Shown: piece after piece, positions 1 through 10,204 of the stretch
Numbering within the stretch: position 1 is the stretch's first letter
How the letters are laid out: the number at the start of each line of letters is the position of its first letter
Assembly: GCA_964610875.1 (NCBI GenBank)
Contig: CAZSWP010000017.1
Location: 1 to 64,000, forward strand
Direction: 5' to 3'
DNA from: an uncultured archaeon
Lineage (GTDB): Archaea; Asgardarchaeota; Thorarchaeia; Thorarchaeales; Thorarchaeaceae
DNA: 64,000 nt
Position numbers and translations under genes: made by a program
Notes under the pieces: model-generated
Seen by the model: the letters and a program-made list of their open reading frames with translations, nothing else
What the model was told of the DNA's origin: nothing
Databases searched by the model: none

Positions 1-507
1 GAAGGAACAACCCTCTCAACAGTATATCCAAAGTTTGATTATCGGTTAATGGAAAATAGAAATACCATCTATGATATATCTGACCTTCCTGTTTCAGTCT
101 CAGTTGATGCAACCGTGATTGTTACGGATCCAGATGGGATTGATACAGTAATCTGTCAATATCATGTTGCTATTGACACTCCATATCAGGATGTAACCGC
201 TAGATTAGATTATGATTATGGGAATGGTACTGCTATATACAAGGCTCATCTACTTGATATTGAACTTAACGAGTCTTCAGACACGCATATCGGTATTTAC
301 ATCAAGACTTGGGCGAATGATACATCTGGGGACTGGCGGGATTCTGAAGAAATCTATCTGGAGATAAACATTCAATACCTCAATTTGAATTCAGGACAGA
401 ATATACTTGGATTCTGGCAAATGATAATTCTCTATTTTGCTATTGCAATCACCGTGATATCCTTGCCAGTCATATGGACGAAGAAGCTACGAGTAGGAAA
501 ACGCTGA
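1..507 (+). CDS. Hypothetical C-terminally membrane-anchored protein (5'-truncated by window edge)
   Basis: Frame is open from base 1; C-terminal hydrophobic helix (WQMIILYFAIAITVISLPVIW) followed by basic tail KKLRVGKR. Confidence 0.7.
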   Translation, partial: EGTTLSTVYPKFDYRLMENRNTIYDISDLPVSVSVDATVIVTDPDGIDTVICQYHVAIDTPYQDVTARLDYDYGNGTAIYKAHLLDIELNESSDTHIGIYIKTWANDTSGDWRDSEEIYLEINIQYLNLNSGQNILGFWQMIILYFAIAITVISLPVIWTKKLRVGKR

Positions 508-581
508 TATGAATCCCTCTTCGCTTTGCGTAGTGATTTCAAAAACAGAGATGCAAGTATTTTTCATTGATATTTGTCAAT

Positions 582-790
582 GTGATGACAATACAGGAGC
601 AAAAACATGAGAAGACATCAAAATCTGGCTAAGAAAACTCAGCTGAGTTCTATGACTATTTCGTAAATAACTCTGACATTCTCTTCCATATCAAATATGA
701 AAAAAGACAAGGATTTCCAATTCCTGATTTTGCAGCAGGTACTGGTGGAGTTTCTATTACATTAACCAATGCTGGATCTACTATTGTAGA
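582..790 (+). pseudogene. Degenerate 5' fragment of the SAM methyltransferase at 2398-3189
   Basis: Colinear nucleotide similarity to 2398-2607 (gagttctatgactatttcgtaaataactctgacatt vs gagttctatgattattttgcaaataactctgacatt); in-frame TAA at 630-632 where the intact copy has Tyr; similarity ends near 790. Confidence 0.85.
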
Positions 791-821
791 CTGTTCTTCT
801 CAGATCTTTAATCAGGTCCTC

Positions 822-1208
822 TTACACGATATCATGAATTACTGCAACACCTGTTAGTTCATTACTATGAACATTGACTGATAAGAATAATGTTGATTCT
901 TCTTCATTTCCCTGTGCCATAATCAAAGTAAATCTCTCAGTACCACCAATAAACAGTTCAATTCCATTAATACATCCATAGGACAATTCTCCTGATTCAC
1001 TCTTTGCTGTACCTATCTCAAAGGCTTTCATAGAATTGGAATGGCACATCGTGTGTATTTCGACCATCGACTTACTACCTATTCTGCACATTATCACAAA
1101 GTTATTCATTAAGAGAATTCTTCTGGTAATAGTAAAGGTGTCCGATAGTTCAAAAAAGGAGTCGATAATTGCATAAAAGACACTTGAGTTGGAAGAAAGA
1201 GTAGTCAC
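822..1208 (-). CDS. Hypothetical protein (true start possibly 1067)
   Basis: Only ORF filling the gap; no recognisable motif. Confidence 0.3.
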   Translation of the reverse strand: MTTLSSNSSVFYAIIDSFFELSDTFTITRRILLMNNFVIMCRIGSKSMVEIHTMCHSNSMKAFEIGTAKSESGELSYGCINGIELFIGGTERFTLIMAQGNEEESTLFLSVNVHSNELTGVAVIHDIV

Positions 1209-1211
1209 GAG

Positions 1212-1865
1212 GTGTATTCAATGAATGGCGAATCTCCATTTGACGACCATGCTGACCGATATGACAGTTGGTTTGATAATGAAGGGAAGCTGATATTCGA
1301 GATTGAAGCTAATGCGTTCAAAACCATACTGGACCAATTACCTAAACCTTGGCTTGAAATAGGAGTTGGTAGTGGACGGTTTGCTCAAGCTCTCGGGGTT
1401 CCTGTTGGTATAGATCCCTCAACCAAACTAATCCAGAAGGCAAAAAATCGAGGAATTGAAGTCAAGCATGGAAAAGCTGAGGATAGAATCTTTCCAGAGA
1501 ACTCTTTCGGAACAGTTTTCCTCATAGTTACTATTTGCTTCCTTGATTCTCCTGATAAAGCACTTCAAGAGATACATCGAATTCTGCATCAAGATGGCAA
1601 ATTGGCCATTGGCTTAGTAGTAGCGGAAAGTCCTTGGGGTCGTTTCTACATGAAAAAGAGAAACGAGGGTCATCTATTTTATAGATTCACGCATTTTCTT
1701 AAGTATGTTGAATTAACAAATTTGCTGACTGAATATGGATTCTCAGTTGGGCGGACCATATCCACACTTTTTCAAAAACCAAATGAGGTGACTCGTAATG
1801 AAGACCCACGTGAAGGCTATTGGCCAAATGCTGGGTTTACTATTGTCATTGCTAATAAAAAATGA
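1212..1865 (+). CDS. Class I SAM-dependent methyltransferase
   Basis: Motif I LEIGVGSGRF, GIDPS, FPENSFGTV, ALQEIHRIL. Confidence 0.9.
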   Translation: MYSMNGESPFDDHADRYDSWFDNEGKLIFEIEANAFKTILDQLPKPWLEIGVGSGRFAQALGVPVGIDPSTKLIQKAKNRGIEVKHGKAEDRIFPENSFGTVFLIVTICFLDSPDKALQEIHRILHQDGKLAIGLVVAESPWGRFYMKKRNEGHLFYRFTHFLKYVELTNLLTEYGFSVGRTISTLFQKPNEVTRNEDPREGYWPNAGFTIVIANKK

Positions 1866-1989
1866 TGACGCATCGATTTTTCTGTATCTTTACTACATTC
1901 TTTTCAACGTTATCATTACTCTTTCCGTATTTATGGATAATTCTCATCAGTATCTAAAATAAGATTGAAATGTGGTGGGAACAATAAGT

Positions 1990-2323
1990 ATACACTGCAT
2001 ATCAGGAGGAAACCACTCAACTGGATTACAAGTATGGGAATGGTACTGCAATTTACAAGAATCATCTACTGGATATAGAACTAAACCCATCTTCAGATAC
2101 TCGAATTTGCATTTACATCAAGACTTTGCTAAATGACACTTCCAGCGACTGGCGGGACTTTGAAGAAATCTATTTAGAGATAAACATTCAAGACAACACT
2201 ATAAATCCTAGACAGAATATTTTTGGGTTCTAGCAAATGATAATTCTCTATTTTGCAATTGCACTCATTGTGATATCATTGTCAGTCATTTGGATTAATA
2301 AGCTGAGAGTAGGAAAACGCTGA
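1990..2323 (+). pseudogene. Degenerate 3' copy of the gene at 1-507
   Basis: Colinear with ~175-507 and ends in the same gagtaggaaaacgctgatatgaa; TGG->TAG nonsense at 2231-2233; no start codon region. Confidence 0.85.
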
Positions 2324-2397
2324 TATGAACCGATTTTTGTTTAGTATATTAGATATAGTGTAAGAGATGATTCTTCTAAGAATAGATTCTTGTCAAT

Positions 2398-3189
2398 GTG
2401 ATGAATATGCGAGAGCAGGATAGCAATAAAACTCCCAAGTCTGGTTATGAAAATTCTGGTGAGTTCTATGATTATTTTGCAAATAACTCTGACATTCCCT
2501 TCTATACTGAACACGCAAAAAGAGAAGGCTCCCCGGTTCTTGACCTGGCGGCTGGTACAGGTAGAGTTTCTATCGCCTTAGCCAGGGCTGGTTCTACAGT
2601 GGTAGCAATTGAACAATCTCCTGCAATGATTCGAGTATTTGAGAAGAAGCTTAAACAAGAATCACCAGACGTGCAAAATAGAATCACCATAATCCAAGGA
2701 AATATGACTAATGTATCACTAGAACAGAAGTTCTCTCTGGTTATTATTCCAAACTCTTTCGGACATGCGTATGCAACTGAAGAACAACTGTGTCTTCTCA
2801 AGTCAGTTCATACACATCTCAAGGATGACGGACTCTTCATTCTAGATCTCTTCCAAGGTGGTGTACAACCAGAACGTGCATCATTTGGAGAGCGACCTGT
2901 GAAGATAGATGAGGAACACACTGTGTCAAGGTCCGGAACAATGCGCTCAGATTACGCAAAACAAATGCTCTACCTTGATCTAACCTTTACAGTGAGAGAA
3001 ATCGAAACCGGTAACATAGTTGAAGAAATACATGAAGAGTCCACTGTAGCGTTGATTTTCAATAGAGAGGCTGATCTTCTTGTTAGAATGTCTGATTTTG
3101 CAGTTGAACAAGAATTCGGTGAGTTTGATGAACGTCCTTTCACTCCGAATTGTGGAAGACGAATCATGATGTTGAGAAAACGAGTTTGA
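2398..3189 (+). CDS. Class I SAM-dependent methyltransferase
   Basis: VLDLAAGTGRV motif I, AIEQSPAM, QGNMT, HLKDDGLFILD. Confidence 0.9.
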   Translation: MMNMREQDSNKTPKSGYENSGEFYDYFANNSDIPFYTEHAKREGSPVLDLAAGTGRVSIALARAGSTVVAIEQSPAMIRVFEKKLKQESPDVQNRITIIQGNMTNVSLEQKFSLVIIPNSFGHAYATEEQLCLLKSVHTHLKDDGLFILDLFQGGVQPERASFGERPVKIDEEHTVSRSGTMRSDYAKQMLYLDLTFTVREIETGNIVEEIHEESTVALIFNREADLLVRMSDFAVEQEFGEFDERPFTPNCGRRIMMLRKRV

Positions 3190-3269
3190 GTGTGCCTTGT
3201 ACGGGGCACAGAGGCATGTACCCGAACGCGGCTTAGTGAACTTATGGCGGTTTGTTTGCGAGTATTTCT

Positions 3270-4535
3270 TTACCAATCATCATCAGATGATTTGGATTTT
3301 TTGAGGCTTTCAGGTGCAGGAAGTTGATCTACCTGCTTTGCTTCGCCTCTCACCGTCACACCTTCTTCAGCTTCATAGCTCTCTGTATAGAGAACATCGC
3401 CTTCAACGGTGACATCTCGCTCAATGTAGATTTGACGTCCGTAGACATTACCTACACGTGAACGTTCTTCGATTCTGACATCATCTCCATAGAGGTCCTT
3501 CGTTCTGGCTCTCTCTCTGACAAGTATTTCAGTTGATTCGACAAAACCAGTAACTTCTGATCTTCGGCCAACTCTGAATCCATCTGCTTTGACATATGGG
3601 GATTCAATTCGGCCACCAACGATTATTCGGTAGGTATGAATTTCTCCATCAACTGTGATGGTACCACCCACCTTGATCTTTGATTTACAGTGGAAGTTAC
3701 CTGTAACAGTTACTTTTCCACCAACATCAAGGTCTTCTTCCAGCTCGAGATTACCATCTACTTTTACAGAACCACCGACATCAATTGATTTTCCTGATGA
3801 GCTGCCGTCTAATTTGACAGATCCACCAACATCAATCGCACCAAAAGTTATTCCCCCGGAGGACTTGAAAGCACCTCCGACATCTATACTCTCGATCTTT
3901 GATCCGGCGCCAACTTTTACTGAACCTCCAACATCAATCTCTTCGACCTCTACTGGGCCTTCAGCTTTAAAGCTGCCTCCGATATTCACAATGCCAATTT
4001 TGCCGGTTCTGCATTTACCACTTCCACCAACACGGAGTTCCTGGCAGTCAATCTTACCTTCGACCTTTGCTGATCCTCCAGCACGGATCATTCCAACTTC
4101 TGCATCGCCTTCAACTTTCACAGAACCACCTGCTTCAAGTCGTTCAGCTTTTGCATTTCCACCAACCTTTAGCGAGCCTCCACCTCTTCCTGATACACAG
4201 GTCAGGTCTAGGCCTACAGAGAGGCTAGAGTCAGCACGAAACTCGCGTCCTTTTGCAGAACCTGCTACTTGCAAGGCTCCTTTTTCAACGCGAGCTGATT
4301 TATCAACGGTCAGGTCGCCTTCAATATAGATAGTATCTCTCGTCTTGGCAATTAGTCGATCGCAGCGAAGGTTTCCAAGTATCCTCAGCTCTTCCCTTAT
4401 CATAAGGGTACCACTGATAACGATCTCGTCACCTTGCTCTGGTCTAAGTTCACCGCAGGAATGGATTTCGACGTCACCCTCGATAATACCGAGTGTGACA
4501 GTTCTTTCGTTTTTGTAAACGAATTTTTCCGCCAT
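3270..4535 (-). CDS. Beta-helix repeat protein, polymer-forming cytoskeletal (bactofilin-like) family
   Basis: Many ~16-18 aa repeats of (I/L)xVGGS(V/F)Kx(E/D)G, typical of beta-solenoids. Confidence 0.75.
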   Translation of the reverse strand: MAEKFVYKNERTVTLGIIEGDVEIHSCGELRPEQGDEIVISGTLMIREELRILGNLRCDRLIAKTRDTIYIEGDLTVDKSARVEKGALQVAGSAKGREFRADSSLSVGLDLTCVSGRGGGSLKVGGNAKAERLEAGGSVKVEGDAEVGMIRAGGSAKVEGKIDCQELRVGGSGKCRTGKIGIVNIGGSFKAEGPVEVEEIDVGGSVKVGAGSKIESIDVGGAFKSSGGITFGAIDVGGSVKLDGSSSGKSIDVGGSVKVDGNLELEEDLDVGGKVTVTGNFHCKSKIKVGGTITVDGEIHTYRIIVGGRIESPYVKADGFRVGRRSEVTGFVESTEILVRERARTKDLYGDDVRIEERSRVGNVYGRQIYIERDVTVEGDVLYTESYEAEEGVTVRGEAKQVDQLPAPESLKKSKSSDDDW

Positions 4536-4643
4536 TTTTGTATCACTTCCAAGTGTATTTTCATATTATTCCAGACATTTTGATTATATAAAGCGGATTC
4601 ACATTTTAGGGTCACATATTGTTACTATTAAATTCATTCAATT

Positions 4644-4958
4644 TTACATCCCTATGATGGGTTCTGGAATGGGAATTCCAACAAGACCCGCCATCCTCTT
4701 GTAGAGTTCGAGGTATTGGTGTCCTCTGACAGTAACGCTAAATACCGTACTACCATCTTCTTCCTCTTCCTCTAAGAGTCCCCGCTCAACTAGTTCTCCT
4801 ATGCTATCCTTTGCCCTGTCTACTGGCATATTCGTAGAACGAGCTGCACGAGTCAATGGGCAATAACCATAGATCAAGATCACTCTGATGAGTTCTGCAT
4901 AGATGTCGTAACGAGTTCTTTTCACTCGCTTCCGCTTCTTCTTTTTCTTTTCAGACAT
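4644..4958 (-). CDS. Winged-helix transcriptional regulator (archaeal HTH_45-like)
   Basis: KRTRYDIYAELI...LTRAARSTNM...LVERGLL...FSVTVRGHQYL. Confidence 0.85.
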   Translation of the reverse strand: MSEKKKKKRKRVKRTRYDIYAELIRVILIYGYCPLTRAARSTNMPVDRAKDSIGELVERGLLEEEEEDGSTVFSVTVRGHQYLELYKRMAGLVGIPIPEPIIGM

Positions 4959-5114
4959 GGAGACTCGACCATTGCTCCAATATCGATAGTAGCTTAAAAA
5001 TTCGATGAAAGATGTTGAATTTCCCGCTTAATAGAGTATGAAGTAGGTACTAATCCAGACAAGTAATCCTTATGACCAAAAAAATGAAAGGGTCAAAGAG
5101 CCGGGGGACATACA

Positions 5115-5852
5115 GTGATACGCGCAGCCTATGTGATAAATCAGGATGGAAAGACACTCTATTCTGCGAAGTACAACCGCGGAGAAAAAAAAATCGAGAA
5201 TCGAGTACCTGCTCATATTCGAGCATGTGTTTCACTATTCCAATCGCGAGATAGTACTATTAGAAGAAATCCCTATGTCCTGAATCAAGATGATTTTGAT
5301 TACATCTACACGTTTTTCGATGATTTTGCAGTTGTATTAGAGACCACCGAAGAGGAAGAACTCGCGCAACTAAAACGAAAATCGGTCTCTCTAGGAATGA
5401 CTCTTGCACATTCGTACGGAAACCTGATCCCAATCTGGAACGGGAGTATGGGTGATATTGATGAGATTGATGCGATTGTAGACCACTTTGTAATGCTAGA
5501 CATTTCTGATCCCTCTAAGAAACAGATCAAAGCTATAGAATCAGTAATCATGGATACACTAGAATCAAGTAATCTTGCATACGTTGGAGTGTTTGACGCA
5601 ATTGGAAATATGGTGTCGGGTAACATTCCTGAGAATCATTTAGAAGAGATTCGTCCAGAGATAACAAGAGGTGTCATCAAGCCAGCCGCTGAGATAGTTC
5701 CAACTGCAATCGAAATCCGTGGTTATGATGTACAAATGCTTCGAGTTCAGTCATTTACTGTTGTGGCTGCAGCACACCGTGATGAGAGTAAGATATCTGC
5801 TACACAAGCAGTTGGAGATATGGCTCATGCTCTTTCATCTACACTCTCTTGA
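5115..5852 (+). CDS. Longin-like domain fused to roadblock/profilin-like domain
   Basis: Longin-type N-terminus MIRAAYVINQDGKTLYS; C-terminal YVGVFDAIGNMVSGNIP...VQSFTVVAAA...VGDMAHALS roadblock-like pattern. Confidence 0.6.
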   Translation: MIRAAYVINQDGKTLYSAKYNRGEKKIENRVPAHIRACVSLFQSRDSTIRRNPYVLNQDDFDYIYTFFDDFAVVLETTEEEELAQLKRKSVSLGMTLAHSYGNLIPIWNGSMGDIDEIDAIVDHFVMLDISDPSKKQIKAIESVIMDTLESSNLAYVGVFDAIGNMVSGNIPENHLEEIRPEITRGVIKPAAEIVPTAIEIRGYDVQMLRVQSFTVVAAAHRDESKISATQAVGDMAHALSSTLS

Positions 5853-5901
5853 GTCATAGACAAACTGTTATTTGCAAATTATGGAATAGTATTCAATCAG
5901 G

Positions 5902-6567
5902 ATGAATGCTGCTGAAGAATTAGTTGAGATAGAAAAACGCATAGAGAATGCACTCTGGGAAAGCGTTGAGACCGAGGATCAGGAAAAAGCGCTCAAAGCA
6001 TATACGACTGCAAAGAGTGAGTTGCTTTCATTAGAGATATCTGATTCTGACCTCCGCAAAGAAAAGGATAGGGTTCTGGCCTATTGCCTTATGCGAATAG
6101 ATGATACACTTGTTCGTTTGGGTGATGAAGAATACACTATTGAACGAGCCCAAGAAGCTTTACAGATAGCTGAACGCTCAGAAGATGTTGTTCAGATTGC
6201 AAGGTGTAAGATGATGCTTGGTGCCCGCTTAATGGGGATTGGCAAAATCTCAGAAGGCGAAAAATACTATGGTGAAGTCATTAAGGAACATTATGAGTCT
6301 GATGACAGGGACTTGAAACAAGTCGTAGGTTGGACACTACTTGCTCGAGGGCATCTATTGAAAGCAAAAAGTCTCCACAATCAAGCAAAGGCTGTATTGG
6401 AAAATGCAATTGGTATCTTGAGTGACATTGACAATTGGGCTGGATTGGCTAGTGCATATAGTGCATTGAGTCAAGTATTTTCTCTTCTCGGAGAATACGA
6501 GGAGGAAAAGAAAGCATCTGATATGAGCGAACACTACAGAGAACGCGCGAAGAAGGAAAAGCAATAA
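5902..6567 (+). CDS. TPR-like helical repeat protein
   Basis: Helical repeats such as GLASAYSALSQVFSLLGEYEE and AKAVLENAIGI. Confidence 0.75.
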   Translation: MNAAEELVEIEKRIENALWESVETEDQEKALKAYTTAKSELLSLEISDSDLRKEKDRVLAYCLMRIDDTLVRLGDEEYTIERAQEALQIAERSEDVVQIARCKMMLGARLMGIGKISEGEKYYGEVIKEHYESDDRDLKQVVGWTLLARGHLLKAKSLHNQAKAVLENAIGILSDIDNWAGLASAYSALSQVFSLLGEYEEEKKASDMSEHYRERAKKEKQ

Positions 6568-6630
6568 TTGGGATATTATCAGAAACATACAAGTACTGCA
6601 TCAATTCGATACCGGATAGAGGAATAAAGA

Positions 6631-7272
6631 ATGCTGATTGTTGGTATCTGTGGGTCCCCAAAGAAGGAAAAATCTAGCACTCGATTCTTACTACAGAAAG
6701 CACTGGAATCTGCATCAGATGTACTTTCTGATGGTAAGACCAAACTAGCTACAACACTTCTACTTGATATAAGTGATTTTGAGATTAGTCACTGTACAGG
6801 TTGTGATTCATGTGTGAGGAAAAAACCGTGTCCTGAGAGTGCACACGATGATATGAACAAGATTGAGGAGAAACTTCTCCAGGCTGATGGAATAATTATT
6901 GCTGCTCCCTCCTACTTCACCACCGTGCCAGGAGTGCTGAAAGATTTCATTGACAGGTCTAGATATATGAAGATGCAAGACCATCAACTGCAGGATAAGC
7001 TGTTTGGTGCCATTACCTACGGAGGATTAAGATATGGTGGACAGGAACACGTTATTGACTATCTTAATAGATATGCTCTTGGTCAAGGAATGATTGTTGT
7101 GGGAGCTCTAGGAAGTCCTGTCAAACATGGAACGTTTGGGTCTGGTGCAATGCAAAAGGATGAAGGTGGCTGGAGGACATCACAGGATGATGAACTAGCC
7201 ATTACCAACAGCCAGATTCTCGGTAAGAGAATGGCTAAGCTCTTACTGAAATTCAAAGCAGATGGTGAATAG
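6631..7272 (+). CDS. Iron-sulfur flavoprotein / NADPH-dependent FMN reductase family
   Basis: GICGSPKK, CTGCDSC-x5-C cluster, ADGIIIAAPSYF, LKDFIDR. Confidence 0.9.
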   Translation: MLIVGICGSPKKEKSSTRFLLQKALESASDVLSDGKTKLATTLLLDISDFEISHCTGCDSCVRKKPCPESAHDDMNKIEEKLLQADGIIIAAPSYFTTVPGVLKDFIDRSRYMKMQDHQLQDKLFGAITYGGLRYGGQEHVIDYLNRYALGQGMIVVGALGSPVKHGTFGSGAMQKDEGGWRTSQDDELAITNSQILGKRMAKLLLKFKADGE

Positions 7273-7274
7273 AT

Positions 7275-7835
7275 ATGAAACCAGAGATAGACGGGCAGGT
7301 GCAAGTCTATACTGGAAACGGTAAGGGGAAGACCACCTGTGCTCTCGGCGCAGGCCTACGTGCTGCAGGTCACAATCTTGAGGTTCTCATGATATCCTTC
7401 ATGAAAGCTAAGGTAGCTTGGCGGGGAGATGGAGAAGGAGTGAACTATGGTGAGTTCAAATCAGTGGAGGAAATACCAAATTTCACTATCATCCCAATGG
7501 GGCGAGAATCATGGGTGGATAAAGAGAATCCAGACCCTGAGGACATTCGACTTGCAGAAGAGGCTCTCCAAATGGCTCGTGATGCTCTACTGGAGAAAAA
7601 GTGTGACTTACTTATTCTTGATGAGATTAATGTCGCTGTCGAGTGGAATCTCATATCCGTTGAAGACCAGTTAGAGTTGATAAAGATGAAACATATTGAT
7701 GTCGAGCTCATCATGACAGGTCGATATGCTCGAGACGAGGTAAAGGAGGCTGCTGATCTAGTCACAGAGATGACTGAGATAAAGCATTATTTCACTACGA
7801 AGAAAATGCTTGGTCGAAAAGGGTTTGAGTATTAA
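7275..7835 (+). CDS. cobO: Cob(I)yrinic acid a,c-diamide adenosyltransferase
   Basis: YTGNGKGKTT, LILDEINVA, ELIMTGR, ADLVTEM, RKGFEY. Confidence 0.95.
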   Translation: MKPEIDGQVQVYTGNGKGKTTCALGAGLRAAGHNLEVLMISFMKAKVAWRGDGEGVNYGEFKSVEEIPNFTIIPMGRESWVDKENPDPEDIRLAEEALQMARDALLEKKCDLLILDEINVAVEWNLISVEDQLELIKMKHIDVELIMTGRYARDEVKEAADLVTEMTEIKHYFTTKKMLGRKGFEY

Positions 7836-7901
7836 CACCTGTTACACCGAATCGAACACTTAATATTCAGAGTATCTTGAGGTCACTCATTCAATCAGGG
7901 T

Positions 7902-9629
7902 GTGTCTGTCATGGGAGCTGACAAAGCAGGCAAACATAAACGTGAACATGAGGAACGAACCGATTTAGATGATATTGCTGCAGCAAAACAGAACTGGGAG
8001 GATAACGTCCTAGGTTCTCATCTTGAACGGCATAAGGAACGACGTTCTGAGTTTGTGACTACTTCAAGTAAACCAGTGGCTAGAATCTATACTCCTCTTG
8101 ATATCAAAGATTTTGACTACATGAGAGACCTCGGTTTTCCGAGTATGTTTCCCTATACTCGTGGTGTACAGCCTTCTATGTATCGCGGCCGTATCTGGAC
8201 CATGCGCCAATTTGCTGGAATGGGTACCGCTGAGGAATCAAATGAACGGTACAAGTTTCTGCTAGCAAATGGTCAGACTGGACTCAGTGTAGCTTTTCAC
8301 CTTCCTACAATCTTTGGACGTGACTCAGACCATCCATTCAGCCTGGGTGAAGTTGGGAAACTGGGTGTTGCTATTGACACATTGAAGGATATGGAGATTC
8401 TTTTTTCAGGAATCCCACTTGACAAGGTCACAACTTCTATGACAATCAATGCGCCAGCTTCTATCTTACTTGCGATGTACATGGTGGCTGCAGAAAAGCA
8501 GGGTGTTTCATCTGACAAGATTGGAGGAACAATACAGAACGACATCCTGAAGGAATACATGGCTCAGAAATCATGGATCTATCCACCTGAGCCATCAATG
8601 AGAATTATCACAGACATCATGGAATATGCGACCAAGCACATTCCAAGGTGGAACACAATCTCAATATCAGGGTATCATATAAGAGAGGCAGGATCCACCG
8701 CTGCCCAAGAACTTGCATTTACACTTGCAAACGGCATGGAATACGTCGGGCACGCAATCGCAGCGGGACAAGATGTTGATGCTTTTGCCCCACGATTGTC
8801 ATTCTTCTTCAATGCACATAATGATATCTTTGAAGAGGTTGCGAAGTATCGTGCAGCACGAAGGATATGGGCACGGAAGATGAAAGAGACCTTCAAGGCA
8901 AAGAAATCAAGGTCTCTGTGGATGCGATTCCATACTCAGACAGCTGGTTGCTCACTTACTGCACAACAACCAATGGTCAATATAGTCAGGACCGCATATC
9001 AAGCGCTAGCGGCGGTTTTGGGTGGTACTCAGTCACTGCATACAAATAGTATGGATGAAGCGCTGTGTCTTCCAACTGAGGACGCAGTGAGAGTCGCTCT
9101 ACGTACACAACAAGTGCTTGCTCATGAGAGTGGTGTGGCGAATACCATCGACCCTCTTGCAGGTTCATACTACATTGAAGCTCTGACCAACGAACTCGAA
9201 GAAGAGGCTTACAGTTACTTTGACAAGTTTGAATCTATGGGTGGAGTGATACCTGCTATTGAGAAAGGATTCCCACAGCGAGAGATTGCTGAAGCCTCCT
9301 TCCGATATCAATCAGAAGTAGATAGCAGAAAGCGAACCATTGTCGGTGTGAACGATTACATTTTAGAAGGTGAGGAGATCACCATTCCAGTGTTGAAGAT
9401 TGACCCCGAGGTAGAGAAGAGGCAAGCTGAGCGTACTCAAAATATACGCAAGGAGCGCGACAACAAGAAACTGCAGGAAGCGCTCGATGGGTTAAGAAAA
9501 GCATCAGAGGGCACAGACAATGTCATGCCTTACGTCGTAGAATGTGTGAAAGCATATGCTACCATTGGTGAGATCTGTGATGTCTGGCGAGAAGTATATG
9601 GTGAATGGGAAGAACCCAAAATATTCTGA
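7902..9629 (+). CDS. B12-dependent acyl-CoA mutase large (substrate-binding) subunit, isobutyryl-CoA mutase-like
   Basis: [44 protein letters not shown]; no C-terminal B12-binding domain. Confidence 0.92.
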   Translation: MSVMGADKAGKHKREHEERTDLDDIAAAKQNWEDNVLGSHLERHKERRSEFVTTSSKPVARIYTPLDIKDFDYMRDLGFPSMFPYTRGVQPSMYRGRIWTMRQFAGMGTAEESNERYKFLLANGQTGLSVAFHLPTIFGRDSDHPFSLGEVGKLGVAIDTLKDMEILFSGIPLDKVTTSMTINAPASILLAMYMVAAEKQGVSSDKIGGTIQNDILKEYMAQKSWIYPPEPSMRIITDIMEYATKHIPRWNTISISGYHIREAGSTAAQELAFTLANGMEYVGHAIAAGQDVDAFAPRLSFFFNAHNDIFEEVAKYRAARRIWARKMKETFKAKKSRSLWMRFHTQTAGCSLTAQQPMVNIVRTAYQALAAVLGGTQSLHTNSMDEALCLPTEDAVRVALRTQQVLAHESGVANTIDPLAGSYYIEALTNELEEEAYSYFDKFESMGGVIPAIEKGFPQREIAEASFRYQSEVDSRKRTIVGVNDYILEGEEITIPVLKIDPEVEKRQAERTQNIRKERDNKKLQEALDGLRKASEGTDNVMPYVVECVKAYATIGEICDVWREVYGEWEEPKIF

Positions 9630-9655
9630 ATTACACATCCAGTGCGAATTTCCCA

Positions 9656-10147
9656 TCATTCATCTCTATTCGATGACCATTGACAGAAGACACATACCGC
9701 CATTCCTGACTCCGACCAAACGAACTTTCGTGAATCACAAACTGGGCAGGGTTCTAATTGTGGATGAGTTTTCTTTGAGATTTGCTTCAGAAAGTTATTC
9801 ACGAACATGAACTGGAACACAAAAGCTAGCGACAGAGTAGAAATCACAGGCGGTCCCGATGTCCAGAAAGCAACAATACCAACTGGGATACATATTAGTA
9901 AAATGATTCCACAAATAAAACGCATGACGACTCCAGCGGAATTTACTTGATATCTTCCTCCACCTTGTGAATAAAACAAGTATAGTATCACATTGAATAC
10001 GGCAAAAACTGTACTGATAGTGAATACTATTCTGTCTATGAAGAAGACCATAATTGTGACTAGAATTACGATTGCAAGAAAATGCCGCGGTTTGATTTTA
10101 CCATTCCCATTTTTCTGATCCACCATGCTTATTCTTACCTCCTCCAT
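9656..10147 (-). CDS. Membrane protein with C-terminal zinc ribbon
   Basis: About four hydrophobic helices then CPVC...CVFC. Confidence 0.65.
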   Translation of the reverse strand: MEEVRISMVDQKNGNGKIKPRHFLAIVILVTIMVFFIDRIVFTISTVFAVFNVILYLFYSQGGGRYQVNSAGVVMRFICGIILLICIPVGIVAFWTSGPPVISTLSLAFVFQFMFVNNFLKQISKKTHPQLEPCPVCDSRKFVWSESGMAVCVFCQWSSNRDE

Positions 10148-10204
10148 TCAAATATCGACTGCATGATTGTATATGAATCCTGAGATTGTAGAATTCTTGA
10201 CCTA

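Noticed and set aside
175-2323. Diverged repeat pair as a DGR template/variable region
   Set aside because: Mismatches are not adenine-specific, many are synonymous, and no reverse transcriptase is present in the window
3655-4329. 224-aa Pro/Ser/Thr-rich plus-strand ORF
   Set aside because: Antisense shadow of the Gly/Val repeat gene
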